DNA of 64,000 bases from Candidatus Micrarchaeota archaeon (GCA_032123335.1 JAQBFN010000020.1:7540-71539); one strand, 5' to 3'. Numbered from the stretch's first letter, positions 37,811 through 47,026 are shown. Translations and numbers: made by a program. Notes: generated by a model from the sequence alone, not told the origin.

Positions 37811-39064
37811 CTACTGCTTCTTCGGGACTACATCCAGCACGACACCAGCCGCAACTGTCTGCCCCATGTCCCTGATTGCGAACCTTCCGAGCGGAGGGAA
37901 TTCTGCATACTTCTCAATCACGATGGGCTTGAGTGGCTTGAACTTAACCACTGCAACATCACCGGTCTTGATGAAGTCTACTTTTCCTTCCTGGCCCTTC
38001 TTTTCCACAATCTCAATAATCTTAGCTGCAAACTGTGCAGTGTGGATGTGAAGCACGGGTGTGTATCCCACAGAGATTGCAGTCGGGTGGTTCAGCACAA
38101 CTACCTGTGCAGTGAACTCGTCTGCAACTGTTGGCGGGTTTGCAGAGGAACCAAGAACGTCTCCCCTCCTGATGTCCTTCTTGTCTACACCCTTTACGTT
38201 GAATCCAACGTTGTCTCCGCACTTTGCCTCAGCCATTTCCTGGTGGTGCATCTCAATTTTCTTCACTTCACCAGTTGCTCCGGAGGGCATGAACACAACC
38301 TTCTCGTTAACCTTCATGGTTCCAGTTTCAATACGCCCAACAGGCACGGTTCCGTGCCCGGTGATTGTAAATACATCCTGGATCGGGAGCCTGAGCGGCT
38401 TGTCCATAAGCTTTGCAGGCACAGTAAAGCTGTCCAGTACAGTGAGAAGTGCCGGTCCCTTGTAATAAGGGGTGTTCTCAGAGTTCTTTGAAATGTTGTC
38501 TCCCTTGTACCCGGATGTCGGGATAAAGACGAGCTTGCTTACATCATAGCCCATTCCTTTGAGGAGCTTCTCGAGTTCTGCCTTGACCTCATTGTACCTT
38601 GCCTCATCATAGTTGATTGCGTCCATCTTGTTGATGAGGACCATAAACTGGCCGATTCCGAGCACCTTTGCAAGGAACGCGTGCTCCTTGGTCTGGGACT
38701 GCACACCATCTTTTGCAGAAACCACGAGGGCTGCTGCATCTGCCTGGCTTGCACCTGTAATCATGTTCTTGACGAAGTCTCTGTGGCCGGGTGCATCGAT
38801 AATCGTGTACTCATATTTGTCCGTAGTGAACTTCTTGTGAGACACATCGATGGTAACTCCCCTTTCACGCTCTTCCTTGAGAGTGTCCATCTCATAGGCG
38901 AATTCGAAGGTCGCTTTACCGAGCCTCTCCGCCTCCTCCCTGTACTTCCTGAGGGTCTGTTCAGAGAGCGCCCCAGTCTCGTAAAGGAGCCTACCCACAC
39001 AAGTGGATTTACCTGCATCTACGTGGCCAATAAACACTATGTTCATATGTTCTTTTGCTGCCAT
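37811..39064 (-). CDS. tuf: Translation elongation factor 1-alpha
   Basis: [21 protein letters not shown]. Confidence 0.95.
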   Translation of the reverse strand: MAAKEHMNIVFIGHVDAGKSTCVGRLLYETGALSEQTLRKYREEAERLGKATFEFAYEMDTLKEERERGVTIDVSHKKFTTDKYEYTIIDAPGHRDFVKNMITGASQADAAALVVSAKDGVQSQTKEHAFLAKVLGIGQFMVLINKMDAINYDEARYNEVKAELEKLLKGMGYDVSKLVFIPTSGYKGDNISKNSENTPYYKGPALLTVLDSFTVPAKLMDKPLRLPIQDVFTITGHGTVPVGRIETGTMKVNEKVVFMPSGATGEVKKIEMHHQEMAEAKCGDNVGFNVKGVDKKDIRRGDVLGSSANPPTVADEFTAQVVVLNHPTAISVGYTPVLHIHTAQFAAKIIEIVEKKGQEGKVDFIKTGDVAVVKFKPLKPIVIEKYAEFPPLGRFAIRDMGQTVAAGVVLDVVPKKQ

Positions 39065-39229
39065 TTATATTCACCTATATATAATTTATTCTATAACATT
39101 TGCTTTCTACGTGCAGATGCACGAAAAGTAAGCATAGTGGTTATTAATAGACAGTCTTTTAAATGTTCCCCAGAGCCTCTCTCCTGCATTCCCCACCACC
39201 CTTATAATTCTATTTTCCTTATTCTCCAT

Positions 39230-40345
39230 ATGGTGGATGATATTTACCTTAATAAGCCAGAGGAATTGTTCGAAGCCCTGGAGCGCGAGCTTGAAGACCC
39301 GGAAAAGGTCGTCGCAGTCCAGATGGCTCCCGCAGTCCGCGTTGCAATCGGAGAGGAGTTTGGCTACGCCCCCGGAGAGGACCTCACCAAAAAAACGGTG
39401 GGTCTCCTGAAGCAATTGGGTTTTGACCATGTTGTAGATACCCCCCTCGGCGCAGACGTCAACATTTATGAGGAAGCCTACGAAATACTCCACGCCCTGG
39501 AGCGCAACGACGAAGATTACTTCCCGGTATTTAACTCCTGCTGCATCGGCTGGAGGCTCTACTGCTCCCGCACCCACGAAGATATCTGCAAGCACATCTC
39601 CCCCATTGCCTCCCCCCACATGATTACGGGCAGCATCATAAACCACTACCTCCAGAAGAAGCTGGGCAAGCCCCGCAAGGAAATCATTTCCGTAAGCGTA
39701 ATGCCCTGCACTCTCAAGAAATATGAAACTCTGGAGCGCTTCCCGGATGGAGATCCTTATGTGGACTATGTCCTCACCACCCGCGAGCTCGCTGATTTCG
39801 CAAGAAAGAAGGGCCTGGACCTGAAAACCGCCCCAGAATCTGAATTTTCCGAGCTCCTTCCCGACTCTTCCAAGGATGGAGTGGTGTTTGGAGTGACCGG
39901 AGGCCTGGTTGAAGCCCTCCTCACGACCCTTGCACACATCCTGGAAGTTGAAAAGGAAAACGAGCATTTCTTCCGCAATGATGATGAAATCAAGGAGCGC
40001 GAAGTAAAGCTCGGAGAATACACCCTCCGCGTAATCTCTGTCCACGGTTTCGCAAACCTGGAAAAAGTCCTAAAGGAAATCGAAGGCGGAAAGAAATTCC
40101 ACTTTGTAGAGGTAATGAACTGCCCATATGGGTGCGTTGGCGGCCCTGGCCAGCCCCTCCCCGTAACTGAGGAAAAGCTCAAGGCCCGCGCCGCAGGCCT
40201 TCGCAAGGCCGCGGACAACAAGGACACAGTTGCCACAGTTCCCCAGGAAAACCCCACGGTCCAGAAGCTCTACCGCGAGCTTTTAGACCGCCCGGGCTCT
40301 GAAACCGCACGCAAACTCTTATATTTCCATAAGGTCAAACTATAG
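39230..40345 (+). CDS. [FeFe]-hydrogenase-like protein, H-cluster domain only (HydA/Nar1 family)
   Basis: All three H-cluster signatures are present. L1 FNSCCIGW (cf. TSCCPxW). L2 VMPCTLKKYE (MPCxxKxxE). L3 EVMNCPYGCVGGPGQP (ExMxCxxGCxxGxGQP). No N-terminal ferredoxin-like domain. Start taken at the first in-frame ATG after the EF-1alpha divergent region. Confidence 0.7.
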   Translation: MVDDIYLNKPEELFEALERELEDPEKVVAVQMAPAVRVAIGEEFGYAPGEDLTKKTVGLLKQLGFDHVVDTPLGADVNIYEEAYEILHALERNDEDYFPVFNSCCIGWRLYCSRTHEDICKHISPIASPHMITGSIINHYLQKKLGKPRKEIISVSVMPCTLKKYETLERFPDGDPYVDYVLTTRELADFARKKGLDLKTAPESEFSELLPDSSKDGVVFGVTGGLVEALLTTLAHILEVEKENEHFFRNDDEIKEREVKLGEYTLRVISVHGFANLEKVLKEIEGGKKFHFVEVMNCPYGCVGGPGQPLPVTEEKLKARAAGLRKAADNKDTVATVPQENPTVQKLYRELLDRPGSETARKLLYFHKVKL

Positions 40346-40360
40346 AGTAGGTGCTGTTTA

Positions 40361-40594
40361 GTGTTCAAACTCAAGGTTCAAGACAAACGGGATGATAGCA
40401 AAGGTTCCGGAAGCAAACCTCCCCTTCCAACGAGGAGTGCAGAACAAATTCTCAGGGAGTCAAAAGAAAACCCCGGAATGCAGCGCATATGGGCATTCAT
40501 GAAGGGCGTCAAGCCTGAGCCCGAAGACATTTTTAACGGTGATTACCTCATGGGCGATAAGCCTCCCAAGGGTACCGGGTTCAAGCTAAAGTAA
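40361..40594 (+). CDS. Hypothetical small protein (GTG start)
   Basis: ORF only. Confidence 0.2.
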   Translation: MFKLKVQDKRDDSKGSGSKPPLPTRSAEQILRESKENPGMQRIWAFMKGVKPEPEDIFNGDYLMGDKPPKGTGFKLK

Positions 40595-40656
40595 TATTCT
40601 CCACCTTTCCCCACCCATCCCAACCTTTATAACTATTCCTGCACAAATATTCCTGT

Positions 40657-40971
40657 ATGACCACTACAAGAAGCAGCGTTCCGCCTGTTCCTACAGCTAC
40701 GGTCCCAGGACCGATCAAAGCAGGAACAATGCGCAGGCCGCTCGGAAAGAAACCCGATTCAGATCGGAATGAGCCTACTCTTACTGAATTGAAGGCAAGG
40801 CAGCCTCTCCCAGGAAGCTTCTCCGACACTTACCCTAAAGCAACCGATGATGATTGTGAAGGAAGGTGCGATTGCTGGGGCGATAATAACCCAAGGCTTA
40901 CAAAAGAAGAAAGGGAAGATTTGGAAGATCGCTTAAGTTCCCACAAGGCGCCTTATGACCTGGGGAACTAG
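40657..40971 (+). CDS. Hypothetical small protein with a CEGRCDCWGD motif
   Basis: ORF only. Confidence 0.2.
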   Translation: MTTTRSSVPPVPTATVPGPIKAGTMRRPLGKKPDSDRNEPTLTELKARQPLPGSFSDTYPKATDDDCEGRCDCWGDNNPRLTKEEREDLEDRLSSHKAPYDLGN

Positions 40972-41510
40972 CTTCCCATTATTCTTTTTCCCATTCCAAT
41001 TAACACAATTCCACCAAGAGCGGTAGCTACCTGCAGTGCGCCCATCGGAATCAACAATGCTTCCGGCAGCACTCCCGCAGCAAAAAGAAAATATGCCGGA
41101 AGGAATATCGCCCCCGCTTTCAGGAACGCAGAAACCGCACCAGCTTTCCAGAATCCCATTCCTGCAAAATGCTTTATCCCGTACACAAACAGGAAATTCC
41201 CAATCCAGATAAACGGAACCAAATACACAAGGAAAATTGTAAGGGGCCCAAACAACAATCCATTCGCAATCGCCCCAATGCTCGGAAGCAATATAACCGG
41301 AAGCACACTATTTCCTCTCATTCCAAGCGCAGCAAAAACAAGCAGCGCATTCACCACGACCCCCGTAAGGATTTGTGGATGAGGAAACAGGAAAGGAATC
41401 GCGAATGCAATAAACGAAATCACAATCAATTGCACAAAATCCTTTCCAGCTGAAAATGAGTATTCCCTTTTTTCCAGAGTAGTGCAAATCTCCATGCCCC
41501 CACTACTCAA
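40968..41510 (-). CDS. Small polytopic membrane protein (possibly a BioY/ECF S-component-like transporter unit)
   Basis: About 6 TM helices in 180 aa. Family assignment is tentative. Confidence 0.3.
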   Translation of the reverse strand: MSSGGMEICTTLEKREYSFSAGKDFVQLIVISFIAFAIPFLFPHPQILTGVVVNALLVFAALGMRGNSVLPVILLPSIGAIANGLLFGPLTIFLVYLVPFIWIGNFLFVYGIKHFAGMGFWKAGAVSAFLKAGAIFLPAYFLFAAGVLPEALLIPMGALQVATALGGIVLIGMGKRIMGS

Positions 41511-41772
41511 GCTGATTTTATAAATGTTGATTCTTCCTGCAAATAAGTTGATTCTTTGGAGCTAGAGCTGTCCGCTAACGCGGGCTAAGCTCCAAAAAAT
41601 CAGTAGAAAGAGAAGGAGATGGTAAACCCGCGAAGGCTCCATCTCACCTCCCACACGACCTGCAAAGCAGGCAACCTAGTATTCCACACTTCATTTATAT
41701 ACCCACCGTTTCTATTCGGAGAAAGTTCCCCGCGTTTCCCCACGAAAATTCCAAAATGTTTATATTCCTTGC

Positions 41773-42927
41773 TTGCTAGTTTCTCTCATGAACAGGGCCC
41801 TGTTATTTACAGCTATCATGATTTCACTTTTCCTTATTGCCGGATGCCCCGGCGAAGAGAAAACACCAATCCCTTCAGAAGAAGAACCCACAATCTCCGT
41901 TGGAGGGTGGGTGGCCGAAGTCGAGCCCTCCTACGAGGAGGAAAAAGCCCAGCTATCCGAAACCGCCCTGCAAGAACAGGATACCTCCTATTGCTTCAAG
42001 CTCCCCGCAAATGAGCGCGACGACTGTATCCTGCCTCTTTCCAACGATTCCCTTTCCAACTGCATCCAGCTGATAAAATACGATAACAAAAGAGAATGCC
42101 TTTTCTACCATGCATACAAGGATGAAGACATGTCCATCTGCGATCTTATGAGCGAAGCAGACAAGGCAGAGTGCATCGAATACCTCTCCCCCCCATGCAC
42201 ATTCGTGCTGGACCCTGAAGAAAAGGGAAGGTGCCTTGCTTTTGAATACATGAATTATACTTATTGCAAAGATGAGGAATGCTACCTGGATTATGCATTT
42301 GAGAACAGGGATGCAGGCGCATGTGAAATGCTTGAATATGCAAAAAGGGAAGGCTGCCTCAGCTCCCTGGACTATGAAGACAGGTGCAAGGGCCTGGATG
42401 AAAAGTCTTACAAATATCAATGCTACTACATCTTTGCATTGGGGGAAGGCAACCCCACCCATTGCTATTTCATAAACGGGGTATATGAAACAGAAATCGC
42501 TTACCAGTGCTTCACCCACTTTGCGGTGACGGATGGCAACCCTGCACTGTGCGAAGCAGTTGCTGTGCTGAATAGGTGGGACTGCTACACTGACTATGCA
42601 TTGGAAACCGGAAACAAGGAAGGCTGCTATGCAATAGATACCCGCGCCCCTGTTTCCAGGGAAAATTGCTTCAAGGAATATGCCTATGCATATGACGATC
42701 TTGCTTCCTGCAATGAAATAGACACTGAATTAGTGCGCCAAATATGCTATTCCGCGCTCATATTCAGCGCAGAGGAACTCACAATGACTGAGTGCAATTC
42801 AATCTGGCTCCCGGACTGGAAAGACAAATGCTACCAGGAACTGGCAAAGCTGGAAGATACGAAAACCTACTGCAACTATATAGAAGGCAATGGAGTCAAG
42901 GAGAACTGCCTTTTAATGTTCAATTAA
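41773..42927 (+). CDS. Cys-rich repeat lipoprotein
   Basis: Lipobox LIAGC. About 40 Cys arranged in ~25-aa repeats of the form C-x(4-6)-Y/F-x(3)-A/Y-x(4-6)-D/N-x(3)-C. Confidence 0.5.
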   Translation: MLVSLMNRALLFTAIMISLFLIAGCPGEEKTPIPSEEEPTISVGGWVAEVEPSYEEEKAQLSETALQEQDTSYCFKLPANERDDCILPLSNDSLSNCIQLIKYDNKRECLFYHAYKDEDMSICDLMSEADKAECIEYLSPPCTFVLDPEEKGRCLAFEYMNYTYCKDEECYLDYAFENRDAGACEMLEYAKREGCLSSLDYEDRCKGLDEKSYKYQCYYIFALGEGNPTHCYFINGVYETEIAYQCFTHFAVTDGNPALCEAVAVLNRWDCYTDYALETGNKEGCYAIDTRAPVSRENCFKEYAYAYDDLASCNEIDTELVRQICYSALIFSAEELTMTECNSIWLPDWKDKCYQELAKLEDTKTYCNYIEGNGVKENCLLMFN

Positions 42928-42950
42928 AATTAGAATATTAAAAAATAAAA

Positions 42951-43826
42951 TTATTCGGAAGATTTCTCTTCCGCTTTCTCTTCTTTAGGCTTAGCAGTTT
43001 CTTTCTTTTTTTCCGGAGTCTTTTTCTCTTCCTTTGCCTTTTCAATTGCTTTCTTTGCCCTCTCTTCCTCTCCGCCTTCCTTCTTCTTTTCCTCTCCTTT
43101 CTCTTCTGCCTTTTCCTCAGCTGCCTCTTCCTTTGGAGCTTCTTCTACAGGTTTCTTCTTTTCGGTTTCTTCCTCAAACTTTTCAAAGTAGTCCATCCTG
43201 TACTCAAACTCATTGTAGGACTTGATTTTCCCCTGGCTCATCATGAGCTCCCTTGTAAGAAGGTAGAACAAAATCGCGAGGCTTCTCCTTCCTTTGTTGT
43301 TTGCAGGCACAATCCAGTCCACAAATGCAGTGTTATTGTCAGTATCACAGAGCGCAACCACAGGAACTCCGGTCATCGCAGCTTCCCTGATTGCTTCCCA
43401 TTCACCCTTCGGGTCACATACAATAAGCAGCTTCGGCTCCCTGAAGTTCGGAAGGTTCACATTGGTCATTGTCCCGGGCACAAACCTGCCCCTAAGGATT
43501 CCAACGCCCGTAAGCTTGGAGAACTTTTCCGCAGCATTCCCGGAGTAAAGCCTTGAAGCAACCACAAGCACTTCTTCCGGCTTGTACTTTCCGATGAGTT
43601 TTGCCGCTTCCCTTAGCCTTTCATCAATCTTCCTCAAGTCCAGGATGTACAATCCATCATCCCTCATCTTGAAGACGAACTTCTTCATATCCGAAGTCTT
43701 GAACCTCGTCCCGATATGTATTCCCGTTTCCAGGTATTTTTCCTGTGGAATGAGGTATGATGATTTTTCTTCTTCAACTTTTTCAGTTTTTTCTTCAACT
43801 TTTTCTTCGTCTGCCATTTTTCTCAC
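42951..43826 (-). CDS. rps2: 30S ribosomal protein S2 with Lys/Glu-rich N- and C-terminal extensions
   Basis: uS2 core (…YLETGIHIGTRF…VVASR…PNFREPKLLIVCDP…VPVVALCDTDN…). About 80 aa of KE-rich tail. Confidence 0.9.
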   Translation of the reverse strand: MRKMADEEKVEEKTEKVEEEKSSYLIPQEKYLETGIHIGTRFKTSDMKKFVFKMRDDGLYILDLRKIDERLREAAKLIGKYKPEEVLVVASRLYSGNAAEKFSKLTGVGILRGRFVPGTMTNVNLPNFREPKLLIVCDPKGEWEAIREAAMTGVPVVALCDTDNNTAFVDWIVPANNKGRRSLAILFYLLTRELMMSQGKIKSYNEFEYRMDYFEKFEEETEKKKPVEEAPKEEAAEEKAEEKGEEKKKEGGEEERAKKAIEKAKEEKKTPEKKKETAKPKEEKAEEKSSE

Positions 43827-43840
43827 CGTTTGAAAGATTT

Positions 43841-43913
43841 TGGGGCCGCCGAGATTTGAACTCAGATAACATGCACCCCAAGCATGCAGGATACCAGGTT
43901 ACCTTACGGCCCC
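43841..43913 (-). tRNA. tRNA-Pro (anticodon GGG)
   Basis: Reverse complement: GGGGCCG-TA-AGGT…-CATGC-TTGGGGT-GCATG-TTAT-CTGAG-TTCAAAT-CTCGG-CGGCCCC-A. Confidence 0.8.
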
Positions 43914-43925
43914 AATTTAACTTCC

Positions 43926-44123
43926 TCACATTTTTCTGTACTTTTTGATTGCCTCCATGCCGTCTACGTGCCCCAGGAACATTCTCCTGCAACAGTATCT
44001 GTCTACTCCCAGTTCATCGAGTATCTCGACAGCGGGTTTGTTTGCTTCAAGCCCGGCCGTATACTTCTCGTACAGGTCGCCAATCACGGCGCCGCACGTA
44101 AAACACCTTACTGGAAATTCCAT
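43926..44123 (-). CDS. rpoN: DNA-directed RNA polymerase subunit N (Rpb10)
   Basis: MEFPVRCFTCGAVIG…LDELGVDRYCCRRMFLGHVD. Start placed at the internal Met that gives a 65-aa product abutting the rps9 stop. Confidence 0.8.
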   Translation of the reverse strand: MEFPVRCFTCGAVIGDLYEKYTAGLEANKPAVEILDELGVDRYCCRRMFLGHVDGMEAIKKYRKM

Positions 44124-44127
44124 AGTT

Positions 44128-44781
44128 TCACCTGTATGATTTCTGGTTTCTCGCCCTAGCCTTGGGCCCCATGTACTTCTTGGGCTCAACCCTCCTCGGG
44201 TCTTCCCTCAGGAGGTAAGTGTCATCTTCCTTGTACTTTGCAATAACACTTTCTCCGAAGTACTGCGCGAGAGCTTTCGCAATAGCGGTCCTGCAGGCCT
44301 GTGCCTGCCCCATTTCTCCGCCTCCGTGCACCTTCACGCTCACATCAACACTGAGCCCGTCCGGACCAATGAGCGCGAGCGGCTCAGCAACAATGCTCTT
44401 GAAATATTTATTCCCGAATGAAGAAACGAGCTTGCTGTTTACCCTGATTCTCCCGGAGCCTTCCCTTACGGTCGCCCTTGCAATCGATCTCTTCCTCTTT
44501 CCCCTTGAGTGCTCAACACGAACACTTTTCTTTTTCTTCTTGGATTTCCTTGCCTTCTTTGGCTTGGGGGCTTCCTTTTTGGGCTCCTCTTTTTTCACTT
44601 CAGGCTTAGGTGCCTCCGGCTTCTTTGCTTCAACTTCCCTGGGCGCATCAACCTTCCTCTCTTCCTTTTTGGGCTCCTCCTTTCTAGGAGCATCTTCCAT
44701 CTTAGGTGCAGCCTTCTTCTTTGTTTTATTCCTGGCCGGAGCCTTCTTTTTTGTTTCTTTCTTTTCTGCCATAATCATCAC
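44128..44781 (-). CDS. rps9: 30S ribosomal protein S9 with an ~85-aa Lys/Pro/Glu-rich N-terminal extension
   Basis: uS9 core (…GKRKRSIARA…VHGGGEMGQAQA…PKKYMGPKARA…). Confidence 0.85.
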   Translation of the reverse strand: MMIMAEKKETKKKAPARNKTKKKAAPKMEDAPRKEEPKKEERKVDAPREVEAKKPEAPKPEVKKEEPKKEAPKPKKARKSKKKKKSVRVEHSRGKRKRSIARATVREGSGRIRVNSKLVSSFGNKYFKSIVAEPLALIGPDGLSVDVSVKVHGGGEMGQAQACRTAIAKALAQYFGESVIAKYKEDDTYLLREDPRRVEPKKYMGPKARARNQKSYR

Positions 44782-45209
44782 CTGGACTCGTATCCGAGCA
44801 GCTTGCAGAGGTCTTTCACCTTTATGTACTTGGTGAGCGTTCCTACATCAGCACCGTCAATCCTTATGGGCTCTCCCTTTACATCCGCAGGCTTGCCCAT
44901 GTAAACCCTGAGCTTCTTGTACGCATTCCTGCCGGTTGCTTTCTTCCTTGGAAGCATTCCCCTGATTAATCTCTTCACGAACCTGTCCGGCACCTTTGGC
45001 CAGTACGGGCTCTTCTCGGGGTTTCCCTTGAACTGGAGCTGCCTCCTGTGAATGTACTTATCCACAATCTTCTGCGGCTGCCCCGAAATAACCGATTCCT
45101 CCGCATTGATTACCTGGATTTCCTCACCTTCAATAAGCTTTTTCGCCACAAAGGTTCCAACCCTTCCGATTCTTGCGTTTCCAGCGTCTATTACTATCAT
45201 GATAATCAC
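44778..45209 (-). CDS. rpl13: 50S ribosomal protein L13
   Basis: IDAGNARIGRVGT…RAIRGMLP… is the uL13 pattern. Confidence 0.9.
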   Translation of the reverse strand: MIIMIVIDAGNARIGRVGTFVAKKLIEGEEIQVINAEESVISGQPQKIVDKYIHRRQLQFKGNPEKSPYWPKVPDRFVKRLIRGMLPRKKATGRNAYKKLRVYMGKPADVKGEPIRIDGADVGTLTKYIKVKDLCKLLGYESR

Positions 45210-45557
45210 CTACACAAGTATCCTCACATTTTTCCCTTCCGGGTTCGCCTTCATGAGCTCTTCAATGCTCAACAGCTTTCCGCCATTCTTCTCAATGAGC
45301 GCCTTTGCACTTCCGCTGAAAGAGAACGCTGCAACATCAACCTTCTTTGTAAGGTATCCAGCACCCAGCAATTTCCCGGGCACAAGGACGGTTTCCCCAT
45401 CGTTCACATATTCTTCCAGCTTGCTAACGTTGACTGCGGGCCTCCTTCTTGTAGGCTTGGACAGCTCTCGCGCTACCTTTTTCCAGATTTCCTTGTCAGC
45501 TTTCTTGAGCTCATATATGAGACCCAGTAGCTTCTTGTTTTCTATTCCGCTTTTCAT
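45210..45557 (-). CDS. rpl18e: 50S ribosomal protein L18e
   Basis: eL18 family pattern. Canonical position upstream of L13-S9-RpoN. Confidence 0.8.
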   Translation of the reverse strand: MKSGIENKKLLGLIYELKKADKEIWKKVARELSKPTRRRPAVNVSKLEEYVNDGETVLVPGKLLGAGYLTKKVDVAAFSFSGSAKALIEKNGGKLLSIEELMKANPEGKNVRILV

Positions 45558-45633
45558 CTAAAACACCTTCGCCTTTCGGCTCGCCCCATCCGGGACTGAA
45601 ATGAGTGTTGCTCTATATTACTATAAGAAAAGT

Positions 45634-45978
45634 TTATAAGTTCTTCTGAAGCTTCCCTCGAGCCCTAGCCTTCCTGATTTCCGGCCTCTTCACCTTTGGC
45701 TTCGGCATCCTTTTAGGGTCCATCATTGACCTTTTCTCAGGAAACATCTTCTTTGCTCCAACTTCCACCAATTCAAATTCACTCCCAGGCTTTGCCTTAA
45801 CCTCTTCATCTTCCCACTCCTCACTCGGCACGGGAGACCCCCTATACTCTGGCTCCTCCTTTTTCGGAGGCTTAAGATCCAAAGGCGCAAAAAGCACCTT
45901 GAGCTTCTCATCAATCCCCCTAAGAATAGCATTTAGCGTGAACCTCCCTCCCGGTAGCTCCATCTTTGGCAGTGCCAT
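45634..45978 (-). CDS. Hypothetical basic protein at the position normally held by rpoD
   Basis: ORF only. C-terminal KPKVKRPEIRKARARGK. Confidence 0.3.
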   Translation of the reverse strand: MALPKMELPGGRFTLNAILRGIDEKLKVLFAPLDLKPPKKEEPEYRGSPVPSEEWEDEEVKAKPGSEFELVEVGAKKMFPEKRSMMDPKRMPKPKVKRPEIRKARARGKLQKNL

Positions 45979-46094
45979 TACTCCTGAGTTATGCAGAAGA
46001 AAATTTAAACTAAACCCCTGTTTCCCCTTCCCCCTCGGGCTCCCCCATCCCCTCAGTTATATTTTTAAACCTTTTTGGTTTAAATTATGTCCAC

Positions 46095-46511
46095 ATGCTT
46101 GATACAACGGATATGCGCATATTGCACATGCTCCTGAAGAATGCCAAGGTTTCCCTTGCAGAGGTAGGCAAGGAGATAGGGATCTCCCAGCCCGCAGCCC
46201 GCAAGCGCTTAGAAAAACTCAAGAAAAAAGGCATAGTACTAGGAAGCACAGTAACCCTGAACGAGCGCAGGATTGGATGGGAGCGCGCCCTCCTCGCGCT
46301 GGCTATCTCCAAATTCAACTACCTCAAAACCCTGGACGCAATCCAATCCACCCCCATGGTAACTGCAGTCTACACAACCACTGGTCCCTACACCCTCGCA
46401 GTAGAGGTGCTCGGCCCAGTCGGCATCATAAAGGAAGTTACAAAGCACATTTCCAAAATAAAAGGGGTAAACGAGCTCTGCCCTATCACGTTCGTAGAAA
46501 AAATCAAATAG
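46095..46511 (+). CDS. Lrp/AsnC-family transcriptional regulator
   Basis: N-terminal HTH (DMRILHMLLKNAKVSLAEVGKEIGISQPAARKRLEKL) plus a RAM/ACT-like C-terminal domain. Confidence 0.85.
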   Translation: MLDTTDMRILHMLLKNAKVSLAEVGKEIGISQPAARKRLEKLKKKGIVLGSTVTLNERRIGWERALLALAISKFNYLKTLDAIQSTPMVTAVYTTTGPYTLAVEVLGPVGIIKEVTKHISKIKGVNELCPITFVEKIK

Positions 46512-46521
46512 GTGAAAGCAA

Positions 46522-47016
46522 ATGAAGGAGATCTCAATAGAAAACCTGGTGGAGTTGGCAAAAAAGCTTAATCAAGAAGGAAAGAAGTGGCATTTCCATA
46601 TGCTCACTCCGGATTGCGTTTTCAACAAGAGAAAAGACAAGTATGCAGTTGTCCTGGAAAACGACACCGACCGGGAGACCTATACTGTCTATTCGTACAA
46701 GCGCCACATGGGCACGTGCGAAGAGCTTGCCAAGCTCCTCTATGGAAAAGCAATCCTGGAAAAGGAAGCCCACCCCACCCCTCCGGGCAAAGGCATGAAG
46801 TCCATCCTGGAAAAAGCAGCCCGGATGACCAAGGACGGCCTTCCATGGCACCACCATATACTTTTCCCGAACTGCATCTTCAACAAGCACAAGGGCAAAT
46901 GGACCATTATCTTTGAAGACAGCGAAGAAGGGAAGGCCATGGAATCGGTTACCGTGCATGAACCGCTGGATGATGTAAAGAAGATAGAAATACTCTATTA
47001 CTCGCAGAAAAGATGA
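46522..47016 (+). CDS. Tandem-repeat protein (2 x ~75 aa) with a conserved W-H-x-H-x-L-x-P-x-C-x-F-N motif in each half
   Basis: Repeat 1 is KKWHFHMLTPDCVFNKRKDKYAVVLEND. Repeat 2 is LPWHHHILFPNCIFNKHKGKWTIIFEDS. No known family recalled. Sits between lrp and sufS. Confidence 0.45.
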   Translation: MKEISIENLVELAKKLNQEGKKWHFHMLTPDCVFNKRKDKYAVVLENDTDRETYTVYSYKRHMGTCEELAKLLYGKAILEKEAHPTPPGKGMKSILEKAARMTKDGLPWHHHILFPNCIFNKHKGKWTIIFEDSEEGKAMESVTVHEPLDDVKKIEILYYSQKR

Positions 47017-47026
47017 GGGGAAATAT

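Noticed and set aside
38681-39229. 5' extension of the hydrogenase-like ORF (track ORF 38681-40345, 554 aa)
   Set aside because: The extra 183 codons run antisense through the tuf coding region and carry no hydrogenase-like sequence. The first ATG after the divergent intergenic region (39230) gives a complete H-cluster domain.
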